Notes: generated from the sequence alone by a model not told the origin. A stretch of DNA of 64,000 nucleotides from Octopus vulgaris (GCA_951406725.2 OX597843.1:496001-560000); one strand, 5' to 3'; positions 37,930 through 50,869 are shown, counted from the first letter of the stretch. A program made the numbers and translations.

Positions 37930-38386
37930 CTCGAGTTGCGCATGAGAAAGTAAGGAGGGATGTCAGGAAGGGCATCGCTGTTACACTTCCAGATAGGAAA
38001 GGTCTTCCTATGATGCTGACATGCAGTGTCTGTGTGAGACCCTGCCTTAGTAAAGCTGGACGCAAGAGTCATCTTCGTAGTCATAAAGCGAGACAGATGA
38101 GTGACAACCTGGCCACTGGTGGTGGTGTTACACACCATACTAATCATATCTGTCGGGCATGTAGAAGAGGGTGTAATTCGGCAGGAGGACTTAAACGACA
38201 TGCAAAGGTACACGAAGCCCAGTTACAACTACAGCCGGCTTCTTACCGGTAAAGGTTTTAGTTGCCAATTCTGTACAAGACATTGTAGATCTTTAGCTGG
38301 GCTAAAAAGTCACATTCGATCACAGCACCAGTAACAGTTAAGCTTCGTGCAATGGCCTTACTCGATAACGAGGGGGCAGCCATCAT
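37930..38386 (+). pseudogene. 3' end of an RTE-like LINE with three C2H2 zinc fingers
   Basis: CSVC..SKAGRKSHLRSH, CRAC..SAGGLKRHAKVH and (frameshifted) CQFC..SLAGLKSHIRSQH; flanked by (TATG)n on both sides. Confidence 0.7.
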
Positions 38387-38547
38387 GTATGTATGTATAC
38401 TATTGTATATCTGAGTATGTAGTATTATAGATATCCTTTACAGTTATATCTGGGAAAAATATATCTGTAGGTAGTACTTCAGTTATTCACTTCACTACCT
38501 GTTTTCAATAGGACTATTGGGGTAGAGAACAATGTTGTAAGATATGT

Positions 38548-38582
<35 letters not shown>

Positions 38583-38664
38583 AACATATAAGGGATGGCC
38601 ATAATAGGACATCCGACTCACTAGAAAGAGCAGTTAAACTCCAAACCACTAATAGTTGTAAGTC

Positions 38665-38807
38665 CTTGCTAACCAACCACATAGTTCCGGGTTCAGTCCC
38701 ACTGCGTGGCACCTTGGGCAAGTGTCTTCTGCTATAGCCCTGGGCCGACCAATGCCTTGTGAGTGGATTTGGTAGACAGAAACTGAAAGAAGCCTGTCGT
38801 ATATATG

Positions 38808-38881
<74 letters not shown>

Positions 38882-39092
38882 TGTGTCTGTGTTTGTCCCC
38901 CTAGCATTGCTTGACAACCAATGCTGGTGTGTTTACGTCCCTGTAACTTAGCGGTTCGGCAAAGAGACCGATAGAATAAGTACTGGGCTTACAAAGAATA
39001 AGTCCCAGGGTTGATTTGCTCGACTAAAGGCGGTGCTCCAGCATGGCTGCAGTCAAATGACTGAAACAAGTAAAAGAGTAAAAGAGTAAAGA
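38665..39092 (+). mobile_element. SINE family A (5' clipped)
   Basis: Consensus match. Confidence 0.9.
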
Positions 39093-39226
39093 CTTTGCAA
39101 TTCAAAAAAATAGGAGGAAACTTTTCAAATATAAATAAAGTAGAATTGGACAAAAATAAACATTATTTTCCCTCTTACTGATTTGTTTTGTTTTGAAAAG
39201 TTAAAATTTATTTTATGGTTTGTTAT

Positions 39227-39438
39227 TCTCTTTTACTCTCTTTTACTTGTTTCAGTCATTTGACTGCGGCCATGCTGGAGCACCGCCTTTAGTCGAGCAA
39301 ATCGACCCTGGGACTTATTCTTTGTAAGCCCAGTACTTATTCTATCGGTCTCTTTTGCCGAACCGCTAAGTGACGGGAACATAAACACACCAGCATCGGC
39401 TGTCAAGCAATGCTAGGGGGACAAACACAGACACACAA

Positions 39439-39487
<49 letters not shown>

Positions 39488-39651
39488 TACGACAGGCTTC
39501 TTTCAGTTTCCGTCTACCAAATCCACTCACAAGCATTGGTCGGCCCGGGGCTATAGCAGATGACACTTGCCCAAGATGCCACGCAGTGGGACAGAACCCG
39601 GAACCATGTGGTTGGTTAGCAAGCTACTTACCACACAGCCACTCCTGCGCC
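39227..39651 (-). mobile_element. SINE family A, full length
   Basis: Reverse complement of the consensus. Confidence 0.92.
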
Positions 39652-40096
39652 TATTGTTTATATTCGAATTACATAATCTTTTATGGCGGCACCAAAATCT
39701 TTTAAGTGCTTAGGGCCTCGACAGGTTTCAATCCGGCCCTGGTTGGAAGGCAATCTTAAGGGAAATCTGTAATCCCAGTTGCCTCAGGACTCTGGCAGCT
39801 TGCAGACAGTCGGACTCCCTCCACATTTATATCACCGAGGGCACACAACCATTACCAGCAAAGGTCCACATCACACAACACCAATGGCACCAGCACAACG
39901 ACCATGCCACAACTACCGCCAAAACTACAAGCCCTGATTCCTTTAGTTAATAGAAGGAAAAAAAAGGGAGGTTCTTGTTTAAGTTAAATATAAAGAGAAG
40001 GGGATAAAGCATATTATTCTTAGTTATAACACCAACACCGCCCTTATGCTGGGAGTAACATGATCTGGAATGGATAGGGGGGATAAGATCCTTGGG

Positions 40097-40143
<47 letters not shown>

Positions 40144-40369
40144 GTGTGAATGTTGGATGGTGGAGACTGAAAACGGGGAGGAATAGGGGTCCACAATAGC
40201 TATGGTGGGGATGCTGATGATAGTAAGGGTGGTGGTGGTGGTGGTGAAAGAAAGAGGTTTAAGGGGGAGAAAGAAGGACCAAAGATGTTTATTTAGTATT
40301 TTCTTATCAAGGAAGTGGTTATTTTAGTTTCTAGGGAAGTGTGTGAGTGCACTAGAAAATTGGGGCTGG

Positions 40370-41050
40370 TTTGGGTGTGAGCTCAAGAAGTTTGCCTCCA
40401 AATCACATGGTTTGGGCTCAGTTCCACCGCTTGGCACCTTGAACAAGTGTCTTCTACCATAGACTTAGGCTGAACAAAGCCTTGTGAGTGGATTTGGTAA
40501 GACAGAAACTGAAAGGGCCCTGTCATGTGTGTGTAATATGCAAAGGCGCAGGAGTGGCTGTGTGGTAAGTAGCTTGCTTACCAACCACATGGTTCCGGGT
40601 TCAGTCCCACTGCGTGGCACCTTGGGCAAGTGTCTTCTACTATAGCCTCGGGTCGACCAAAGCCTTGTGAGTGGATTTGGTAGACGGAAACTGGAAGAAG
40701 CCTGTCGTATATATGTATATATATATATGGGTGTGTGTCTGTTTGTCCCCCCAACATCGCTTAACAACCGATGCTGGTGTGTTTACATCCCCGTTACTTA
40801 GCAGTTCGGCAAAAGAGACCGATAGAATAAGTACTAGGCTTACAAAGAATAAGTCCTCGGGTTGATTTGCTCGACTAAAGGCGGTGCTCCAGCATGGCCG
40901 CAGTCACATGACTGAAACAAATAAAAAGTAAAAAAAAAAAAAAGTAAAAGTGTGGTAAGTAGCTTGCTTACCAACCACATGGTTCCAGTTTCAGTCCCAC
41001 TGCACGGCACCTTGGGCAAATGTCTTCTACTATAGCTTCAGGCCAACCAA
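40370..41050 (+). mobile_element. Cluster of SINE family A copies (full copy at 40545-40950)
   Basis: Degenerate head, full copy, then another head. Confidence 0.88.
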
Positions 41051-41239
41051 ATATAAGACATAAAACACTCGAAATATATGCATATAAAATACACACAAAC
41101 TCACACACACACACACACAGATGATTATAAATGTTAAATTTTTTTCCTGGTGATGAATATGCTAACCAACACATTTTAGTGGATTAGTGAAAAAAAGACT
41201 CACAGACAAAAGAAAATTTGAAGAATTAAACTCTGTTTG

Positions 41240-41628
41240 CGAAGACCTGTTGAGGCAAGCGAAATCAAAATTGATCAAAAATTCAATGGAAATTGTAGTC
41301 GTGATATCAGTGCCTGTGGCACATAAAAAGATCCATCCGAACGTGGCCATTGCCAGCGTTGCCTCGACTGGCCTCCGTGCTGGTGGCACGTAAAAAGCAT
41401 CAACCAATCATGGCCATTGCCAGCCTCGCCTGGCACCTGTTCAGGTGGCACGTAAAAAGCACCCACTACACTCACGGAGTGGTTGGTGTTAGGAAGGGCA
41501 TCCAGCTGTAGAAACACTGCCAGATCAGACTGGAGCCTGGTGCAGTCTCCTGGCTTCCCACACCCCGGTCGAACCGTCCAACCCATGCTAGCATGGAAAG
41601 TGGACGTTAAACGATGCTGATGATGATG
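41240..41628 (+). mobile_element. SINE family B 3' part
   Basis: Matches 24089-24416. Confidence 0.85.
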
Positions 41629-41699
41629 TTCTGGGCTTGTATGGTCCTTACATGTCATTCATATATCCCTAATTTCTTGAGTGATAACCAGATAATATA

Positions 41700-42313
41700 G
41701 CAAAGGACCTCGCCAGCTGTATGTCCTCTCCAGATCAAGGATTGCTAATGTAAACAGCTACAAAGGCAGAAAGAGATGAGCTAGAAACAGAAAACTACAG
41801 AGGTACCCAGGTTTTGGATGAGGCTATGGAAGTTACAGTAAGGGTATTAGGGGTACCTAGCAAGGGAAGAAGCAGAAAGTAGAGTATTGATATATTTCTA
41901 CAACATGACGATCAGATATGTTAAGCATTTCAGATTTCAAGGCAGTGTACCAGAGAACCCAACCACCCCTAATCAATTAGGAGCTGGATTGACCTCGCTG
42001 AGATGTAGTTTGGTTTTGTAGCAAGAAGCAGCACAACTAATGCCAGCTTCCATGTGAGACAACTGCAGAAGTATTACACAAGATGTAAACCTCTAAGGAA
42101 GGCATTTGACAGGGTCCCTTGCTTTACGATCTAGAGATCACTCATAAAATTAGAACTAATAGAATGGCTCATGAGGACCATACAAGCCATATACAGAGGT
42201 CAGGGTTAACAATAAGTTCCATGATGAATTTAGTATGAAAGTTGGAGGTTTGCCAAGACCTAGTTCCGAGCCCCCTTTTGTTTGTTACAGACCTCTAAGC
42301 AATATCGGAAGAG
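41700..42313 (+). pseudogene. Highly degenerate RTE RT relic (resumes near 44097-44145)
   Basis: KAFDRVP near 42100, SPLLF near 42268, and LYADDL near 44125 after the nested insertions. Confidence 0.6.
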
Positions 42314-42365
42314 CTTATCTCTTTTGTTATCATATTTTAGAGGAAATTTAGAAAGATATCTTTTT

Positions 42366-42978
42366 TGGAGGTACATGGCCTAGTGGTTAGAGCAGTGGAC
42401 TCAAGGTCAAGGGATTGTGGGTTCGAATCTCAACCCGGCAGATGTGTGTGTTTATGAGCGAAACACCTAATCTCCACGCGGCTCTGGCAGAAGGTAATGG
42501 CGAAACTTCTGCTGACTCTTTCGCCACAACTTTCTCTCACTCTCTCCTCCTGCATCTTGCAGCTCACCTGCGACGGACCGGCGTCCCGTCCAGGTGGGGA
42601 ACCTATACGCCAAGGAAACCAGGAAACCGGCCCTTATGAGCTTGGCATGGCTCAAGAAGGAACATTTATTTTTTTGGAGGCACATGGCCTAGTGGTTAGA
42701 GCAGCAGACTCGCGGTCGATGGATCAGGAATCGAATCTCAGACCGGGCGATGTGTGTGTACTTATGAGCGAAACACCTAAGCTCCACGTGGGTCCGGCAG
42801 AAGGTAATGGAGAACTTCTGCTGACTCTTTCGCCACAACTTTCTCTCACTCTTTCCTCCTGCATCTTGCAGCTCACCTGCGACGGACCGGCGTCCCATCC
42901 ATGTGAGGAACCTATATGCCAAGGAAACTGGGAAACCGGCCCTACGAGCCAGGCATGGCTCGAGAAGGAACAAACAAC
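42366..42978 (+). mobile_element. SINE family F head-to-tail dimer
   Basis: Two monomers of about 305 bp, TGGAGG(C)ACATGGCCTAGTGGTTAGAGC...GAAGGAACA, joined by TTTATTTTTT. Confidence 0.9.
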
Positions 42979-43128
42979 ATATATTTTGTCATTAGTAATC
43001 TGGTGTTTGGAACATAGATTAACTTGAAATTTTGATGGAGGGTTTTAAATTTAGATCACTTTAAAACAGGAAGTTCATATCATGGAACCAGGGAACAGGC
43101 TCAGGTGGGTGGGTAACAGAGGAGTTAA

Positions 43129-44092
43129 CCATTTAGTTACCATATTTCTGTTAACATATGCTGCCTTTGTTTCAATTTTTAAAATAATGAAGAATTTGGT
43201 AAGATAATTTTCTAATTATTAAAATGGGGCCTGGAACTATTTAGCATAAAACTTTGATGGAAGATTATAATTTAAACCACCAAAAAAAAACCCCAGTAAG
43301 TTTATGTCATGAAGGCACATGACTCAGTGATTAGAGCGTCAGGCTCACCATCATGAGGTAGTGAGTTTGATTCCTGGACTGGGCTGTGTGTTGCATTCTT
43401 GAGCAAGACATTTTATTTTCTGTAGCTCCAGTTCACTACTTAGCTGTAGAAATAAGATGCAATATCACTGATGCCAAGCTGTATCGTCCTTTGCCTTTCC
43501 TTTGAATAACATCAGTGCCATGGAGAGATGGATGGAAGCACTCCGTCGGTTACGACGACGAGGGTTCCGGTTGATCTGAATCAACGGAACAGCCTGCTCG
43601 TGAAATTAACGTGTAAGTGGCTGAGCACTCCACAGACACGTGTACCCTTAACGTAGTTCTCGGGGATATTCAGCGTGACACAGAGAGTGACAAGGCCGGC
43701 CCTTTGAAATACAGGTACAACAGAAACAGGAAGTAAGAGTGAGAGAAAGTTGTGGTGAAAGAGTACAGCAGGGATCACCACCATCCCCTGCCGGAGCCTC
43801 GTGGAGCTTTAGGTGTTTTCGCTCAATAAACACTCACAACGCCCGGTCTGGGAATCGAAACCGCGATCCTATGACCACGAGTCCGCTGCCCTAACCACTG
43901 AGCCATTGCACCTCCACGCCATGGAGAGAAGAGGCTGGTATGCATGGGTAACTACTGGTCTTCCACAAACAACTTTGCCCAGACTTGTGCCTCGGAGGGG
44001 AACTTTCTAGGTGTAATACTATGGTCATTCATGATCAAAGGGGGTCTGTATCCTTTGTCACAGAACTCTAGGGTGAGTTGGTATTAAAAGGG
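43129..44092 (+). mobile_element. Older piggyBac-type MITE interrupted by SINE D and SINE E
   Basis: TTAA-CCATTTAGTTACCA ... TGGTATTAAAAGGG-TTAA. Confidence 0.6.
43529..43917 (-). mobile_element. SINE family E (F-like head, different tail) inserted in SINE D
   Basis: 12-bp TSD GCCATGGAGAGA at 43517-43528 and 43918-43929. Confidence 0.9.
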
Positions 44093-44507
44093 TTAAGCCT
44101 GTCTGTCAATGTCTATGAGATTTCCTCTATGCTGATGACCTTATTAAATTTGTAATGATAGGTGACTGGGGAAAGATTAAAAAAAATATACAGATGGAAG
44201 AAAAAATTGCTGAGGGCTCAACCAAAGAAGAAGAGGTTATGCACGGTAGTTCCCAGCCTGAAAATCCCCTGAAACAGACCAGCTAGTTCGTCCTTGTAGA
44301 TGCCCAAAATTTCCCTAAGAACATTACACTTGCTCACTAGATCTTTATATATTGCTAACATAGAACTTCCGCCAACCTCATTGCTTCACTGGCAGAGACT
44401 GGTGAGTACCTGATGATATTCCAAGAAGAGAATAAAGGATGGAAAGAATAATAATGATATTAATAGTGATTATAATTGTAAAAGTTTAAGAGAATGGTTG
44501 TGCTTAC

Positions 44508-44587
44508 CTATTCCAATCAGGTGAGAGTTTCACCGAAATTCTCATACTCCACATATCCTCTTCAGTTGACGATGTAATCGTTTCCAT
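44508..44587 (-). CDS. Candidate first coding exon METITSSTEEDMWSMRISVKLSPDWN(+AG)
   Basis: Kozak ACCATGG, 80 nt, AG|GTAAGC donor in phase 2, repeat-poor upstream region. Confidence 0.6.
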
Positions 44588-45670
44588 GGTTACAAGATAT
44601 TGATATCGATATACACAGAAGCCCAAGAAATAAAGATTTCCCCTCAGAATATCAGAGTATCAAAAACAAAAAAAATTTGTCTTTGTTTTGTTTTTTTTTT
44701 TAATTCTCCCGACTTCAAAGACCAACCATAAGAAACCTGTGATGGGTTTGAAAGGTCTATTTTTGTTTGTTTGGAGAAAAGAGCAAAATTTTTTTTTTTT
44801 TGATCCAGGTGTTGGTAACTAAATTTTTTTTTTAAATCACTGTCACCTTATATATATTTTTTTTTATCTTGTCTTTATTTTTTAGCAGAAGCTGGGTCAG
44901 TAATTTTTTTCCTCAACCCTGAGCCAATTACAGTATTATCTGATCAATTATCATCAGAAAAGCAAAAATCAAAAGAAAAATCAATCAGCAAACAACTGAA
45001 AATGTTTATGATAAAATGTTGATTATCCAATTTTAAAAAAAATCAAATTATTTATATGTATATATATATTTCTCTTTTCTTTTTTTGAGATTTACCGATT
45101 TTTCTGACTACGAATACACAGAGCATGAAACGTTTCCAAAGAAAATCCAAGCTGGGCACTAAGATATGAACAAGTATTTCTTTACCATATTTCGACCAAA
45201 AATTATTAATTGAAATACAAAGAATGTTTGCAACGAAGAAGCTGGTCAGTTTGAAAAATGGTAAATTATATCCAAGCAAAATTTAGCCGTTTTCCTGATT
45301 CACTGTCCCCCAGATAGTATACAAGCTGAACTTAGAATGCAAGGAATCTTCCAAGATGTTCGTAAGAATCTTGAGGTATTGAAAAGGGTTACAATTTCAC
45401 CATTTGGATCAAGGGTGTCGCTGGATATGTGTTAGTGGAGAATATCATTAATTAATATATTTGTAAAAGTGATTTTAATGTTTGGTTATGTAAGCGGCAG
45501 AGCCAAATAGTCATTTATTTATCAAGACATTGATGTTTCCTGGTAGCAATGTTCTTCAAAAGATGTATCGAAATTCGGAAGAGAAACAAAAAGAGCAGTA
45601 GAAAAGATAAAAAGAATTTTAGAAAAAGCAAGAAGATATTCAGAAGAAACAACAGATATGTATATATATA

Positions 45671-45742
<72 letters not shown>

Positions 45743-46360
45743 ATTACAAATGTATGTAGATTGGGATACAGAGAGAGAGATAGATTTGTTTCAAAGCAAA
45801 AATCTCATCACTGATTAAAGGCGAGAGTAGAAGTGGAGTGTGAATAGAGGCTGAAGTGTAGTTGAGTATGAGTGAAAGATAGAGTACAATACGACGACGA
45901 TATGATGTTGTAGAAACTCAGCCAAACTCTTTATTGATAGATAAGAGACAGCAAAAAAAAGGAGAAAGAGGAAAAAGGAAAAAGAAAATAAAGATTTGGT
46001 GTGTCTCACTGGTATAAACCGTGTTCTACAATCTACAAGGCGTCAGAATTTGATCTGTTGGGATAGTCATGCCTTTCCCTCCCCCGCGATAAGATTAAAG
46101 AGATAAACGAACAAAGCAAGTGATACTCAGATCAGAGAAAAGCATGAGTGCGCTGCTGGCGCTTGGCAGTATCAGGTGGGTTCTCTCTTTTTCAACAGTG
46201 GAACCTCTTTGCCAAATTAAACGACAAGAAGACGCGACATAGCACAGCACCTTGCTGCACACCTTACCCAGATTATCTTGTGTAAACAAAGCAGGCAGAC
46301 AGCTTACACCCGTAAATGTAGTCACTGTGTCTGTATGTTTGTTTTTGTTTTATGTTTTAT

Positions 46361-46423
<63 letters not shown>

Positions 46424-47169
46424 GTTTTTCTTTACTCCACCCGGGACAGATTGATAGTGACTAGATGAGTCTGATGGGGTAAGCAGTCTGCTGTCAGAGT
46501 GGTGGTGGTGGTGGCTGTGGTGTTGGTGCTGGTGGTAGTGGCTGTGGTGTTGGTGCTGGTGGTAGTGGCTGTGGTGTTGGTGCTGGTGGTGAAGGTGTTG
46601 GCGGTGGTGTTTGTTGTTGATATTGGCGACTTAGTTGTTGGTGATAGTAGCGATTAATGTGCTGACGGTAATGATGACGACAACAACAACGATGTTTTTG
46701 GTGGTGGTGGTGTTGTTGTGGTGGTGGTGGTAGTGATGTGATGATGCCGATGACAGTGGTGGTCTTTGTTAATATTAATGATGCTTATGATGGTGGCAGT
46801 GTGATGGTGTTGCCAATGGCAGTGGTGTTGATGATGACAATAATGTAGTGTTGGTCAGCGATAGCAATATTGATGATGCTGTTGTGATGATGGTGGTGGT
46901 GGTAATGATGGTGGTGGTGGTAATGCTGATGTTGATAATGATGATGGTAATGGTAAAGTGATGATGCAGATGGTGTTTTTGTTGATATTATTGATAGTGG
47001 TGGTGGTGGTGGTAGGTGGTGGTGACAGTGGTGGTGGTAGTGGTGGTGGATTAATATAAACAAATATACAAAAAAACAAGTGAAAAATCTAATTAAAGCA
47101 AAGACAAATTAAATGACTTAGTCACAAGGTGGTGATGTCATGATGTTCATGCCTTTCCCCTTGTGTATT

Positions 47170-47700
47170 AGCAGAGTGAGAGCAAGATGGAGTGAGGGTC
47201 GAGTGGAGTGAGATTTGAGTAGAATGAGAGTCGAGTTGAGTTAGAGTCAAGTTGAGTGAGAGTTGAGTGGAGTTAGAGTGGAGTGAGAATCGAGTGGAGT
47301 GAGAGTCGAGTGTAGGGAAGGTGAGAATAGAGTGAGAGAGAGAGAGAGAAGTGAAGGTAGAGTGAAGTAAAAGTAGAGTGGAGTAAAAGTGAAGTGGAGG
47401 GAGAGTAGATTCTCAGAGACGAAAGTCTGAGTGAAGTAAGGCTGGAGTATAAGTGAAGAGTGAGAAGTGAAAGTCAGTGTAGAGTGAGAGAGAAGTAAAA
47501 ACTGAGTGAAGTAAGACTGGAGTGGAAGTGGAGTGTGAGAAGTGAAAGTCGAGAGGGAATGATGGGAGAGAAGAGAAAGAGAGAGTAGAGTGAGAGTGAA
47601 AACTTAGTGAAGACCAGAGAGAGAATAGAGTGAGAAATAGAAAACCAAGTGAAGAAAGACTTGACTGAGAGTGGAGTGCGAGAGAAGTGCAGGTCAAATC
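47170..47700. repeat. GAGT/GAGTG purine-rich low-complexity repeat
   Basis: Direct reading. Confidence 0.8.
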
Positions 47701-48873
47701 AATTTGAAAGTGAAAGTAAATATGAAACGTAAACCAATATTTGACCAGGGATTGAAACCGTGTCCTCAACGGAAACTATCAAGGGTTGTGGCAGTTGCGG
47801 TGTCGTTCTACTCGGCAGGAGAAGAGAAATAATTATAATAAAGATAGTAGAGTAATGATAATAATAATAATAATAACACAACAATAATAATACTAAGAAT
47901 AATATAAATGATAATAATAGTAGTAGTGATAATAGTGAGTTGTTTAAAAGGGAGCGAACAAGAAATATATATATATATATATATATATGTGTATGTGTAT
48001 ATAAAGGAGGGAGGAGTGATGTAGTGGCTTTCAACACTTTCCCTGACTGTAAAATGATAATAATAAGAGAAATAGTAATTGTAGCGAGGTAGTATTATTT
48101 AAGATACCAAGCTGCAAAGATATATATATATATGTATGTATGTATATATATATATGTATGTTTATGTGTATATATATATATGTTTATAGAGATAGATAGA
48201 TAAAGAGAGAGAGAGAGAAAAGTGCGTATGATGTAATAGTGTTCAAACTTTTCCAAATACAAATGGTAATAATATTAAGTAATAATTTTTGACAAAGATT
48301 TATCAGAATGCGGGCAGCAAATGATAGATATATATATGTGTGTGTATATGTGTGTAAATGTGAAGGCTAGCAGGTCATAACTTCGAAGTCACTGTCAAGT
48401 AGTAATTTATGACATAGATTTGTCAGAATGCGGGCAGCATATGATACAAATTGTAAATGTACAGGCCAGCACGACAACACTTCAAAGTCACTGTGAACAA
48501 TCTTGTAAAAGACGTTTAATGAATCATGTATGTTATTATAAAATATTAATTCTTCAGTTTAACATTAAATTGTTTTGATATATAACTTGGCATAAAAACA
48601 TATATATATATATGTTATATAGGAGAAAAGATGGCCAGCAACATGTGATGTTGTGGTATGCAAACTTCCCACCAGAAAAAGATATTTATTTAGCAAGCAG
48701 CATGAAGTAAAACCTCAGCAATTTATCTAACAAGGTGGCAAGAAGGACTGAAACCCAGTTGCTTGTATTTAGCTCTCAGCTAGCCAAACCACTGTCGTTC
48801 TATCTCTCTGTTGCTTCTCTACAGCTTCTAGTGAAGCTGATTTATGTCAAAATTTATTGAGAGATCAAATTAA

Positions 48874-49091
48874 CCCTTTTGATACCAACCCGGCTGAAAC
48901 CGGCTCTGGCTCTGAGTACAAATTTATTTTCATAAGTTCTGAATTACAATCTTCCACCAAACCTTAGTCACAATTTATGTTCCTAACACTAGTTTAATGA
49001 TAACTGAATTTATTTACTAAATTCTTTGTTATATTTAAAATTAATTGAAAGAAACACAGAACATCTCAACAGAAATATAGTAACAAAAGGG
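48874..49091 (-). mobile_element. piggyBac-type MITE
   Basis: TTAA|CCCTTTTGATACCA ... TAGTAACAAAAGGG|TTAA; reverse complement of the 6927 copy. Confidence 0.85.
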
Positions 49092-49122
49092 TTAAAATAT
49101 ATAATAGAGAATCAATTCTTAA

Positions 49123-49344
49123 CCCTTTTGATACCAACCTGGCTGAAACTGCCTCTGGCTCTGTAGTACAAATGTCTTGTTTTCAAAAGTTCTGAATTAA
49201 AATCTTCCACCAAACCTTAGTCACAATTAATGTTCCTAACACTAGTTTAATGATAACTGAGTTATTTTACTAAATTCTTTGTTATATTTAAAATTAGTTG
49301 AAAGAAATACAGAGCATCTCAAAATAAATGCAGTAATGAAAGGG
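49123..49344 (-). mobile_element. piggyBac-type MITE
   Basis: TTAA|CCCTTTTGATACCA ... CAGTAATGAAAGGG|TTAA. Confidence 0.85.
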
Positions 49345-50784
49345 TTAAAAAAAAATTTCTTGTAGGTAAGAGACAATAGAAATAAGTGTGATGATGCGGA
49401 ATAAGTTAAAATCGTTCGGTCGGTCAAGGGAGACGAAGGAAGAGGGGGTTAAGATGTGACCTGAATGAACTTGTACTAAGACTGGCGAAAGAGGAAGTAG
49501 ATGAGGAAGTGGAGAAGGACGAAGAGGAGAAGTAGGAGAGGAGCAGAAGGAGTGGGTAGAGGCGAGAGATAACGAGACTACTACTAGTGACGAGGATGCT
49601 GTTGCTACGAGATTTCAAACTGTTGTGATCCATTGCAGTGTAGCAAGAAGAAACACGTGGCGCCGCCCTCTTCATCGCCAGTATTGACGTTGTCATTACC
49701 GTGACAACGAGAAGAATGATATGGTGTAATGTGAAGACGACAACAAGGAAGAACAAGAGGTGAAGAGACAAATAATAATAATAATAATAATAATGATGAT
49801 GATGATGATGATATTTTCTAATGTAAAATTTTTCGGACGTGCTGGGTGTGTATTGTTGAGTAAATCAATGCCAATAGTCACGCAACAAATAATAATAATA
49901 ATAATAATAATAATGAGAAAGAAGAGGAGAAAGAAGGGAGGGAGGGCTATTTGCAAGAAGATTTCTGATAACGAAGAAGTAAGATGATTCTGATAATGAA
50001 TGAGGACAATAATGAAGGAAATTCACAGAATCACAGAATAAATTAATGACTGAATGAATGAAAGACAAACAGTCAGAATGAATGAATGAATTAATTAATT
50101 ACTGTTATTTAATGAAAGAAATAATGAAAATATATCAAAATATATTTCTTTTCATAAATTTCTTTAAAATATCTTTAAAATACCATGACGGAAAGGAAAA
50201 AAAATCTCAAAAGATGTTTTGTCAATAAATTGTTTTTGTCAAATTGTTGTCAAATTATGGCCGTCAGCAGATAATTTTTTCGTCAAATTATCTTTGTCAA
50301 CAAAATATTTACATCAAATTAATTTTGTCAACAAGGTTATTTTTGCCAAATTATTTTCATCAACAAATTATTCCGTCCCAGTTATGTTTGTCAACAAAAT
50401 ATTTCTGTCAATAAAGTATTTTTGACAATAAAATTATTTCTGTCAAATTGTTTGTCAACAAATGATTTTATGAAATAAGAAGCAAAATTAAATATCTTTT
50501 CATAATCATTAGGAAAAGAATTTGGAGTTTGTAATGACGTTGATGCTGATGTTATTGGTGGGGGGCCTAAGATATGAAGATGTTTTTTTTTTCTCTTAAT
50601 TTTACCAAAGGCTCTTTTACTGAGACAGAACTAAAGGAGAGAGGGAGAGAGATAGACAGAAAAACAGAATCTGCAAAAGTCAGACAAGCAGAGAGGGAGA
50701 GAGACAAACAGACAGATAGAGAGTAAGAGAGAGGAAAAGAGAAACAAAGAGAGATAGGGACACAACAAAAGAAAGCAAGATGAT

Positions 50785-50817
<33 letters not shown>

Positions 50818-50869
50818 CAAGAGAGAAATATAAAGAGAGAGATAAAGAGTGAAGATTATAGAAGCAGAG

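Noticed and set aside
37878-38334. Host C2H2 zinc-finger gene
   Set aside because: It is frameshifted, has no TGEKP linkers or splice sites, and its ORF start lies in a SINE tail; it fits a LINE 3' end better
46144-46182. Plus-strand mini exon MSALLALGSI with an AG|GTGGGT donor
   Set aside because: Very short, with no downstream plus-strand exons found; compatible with chance
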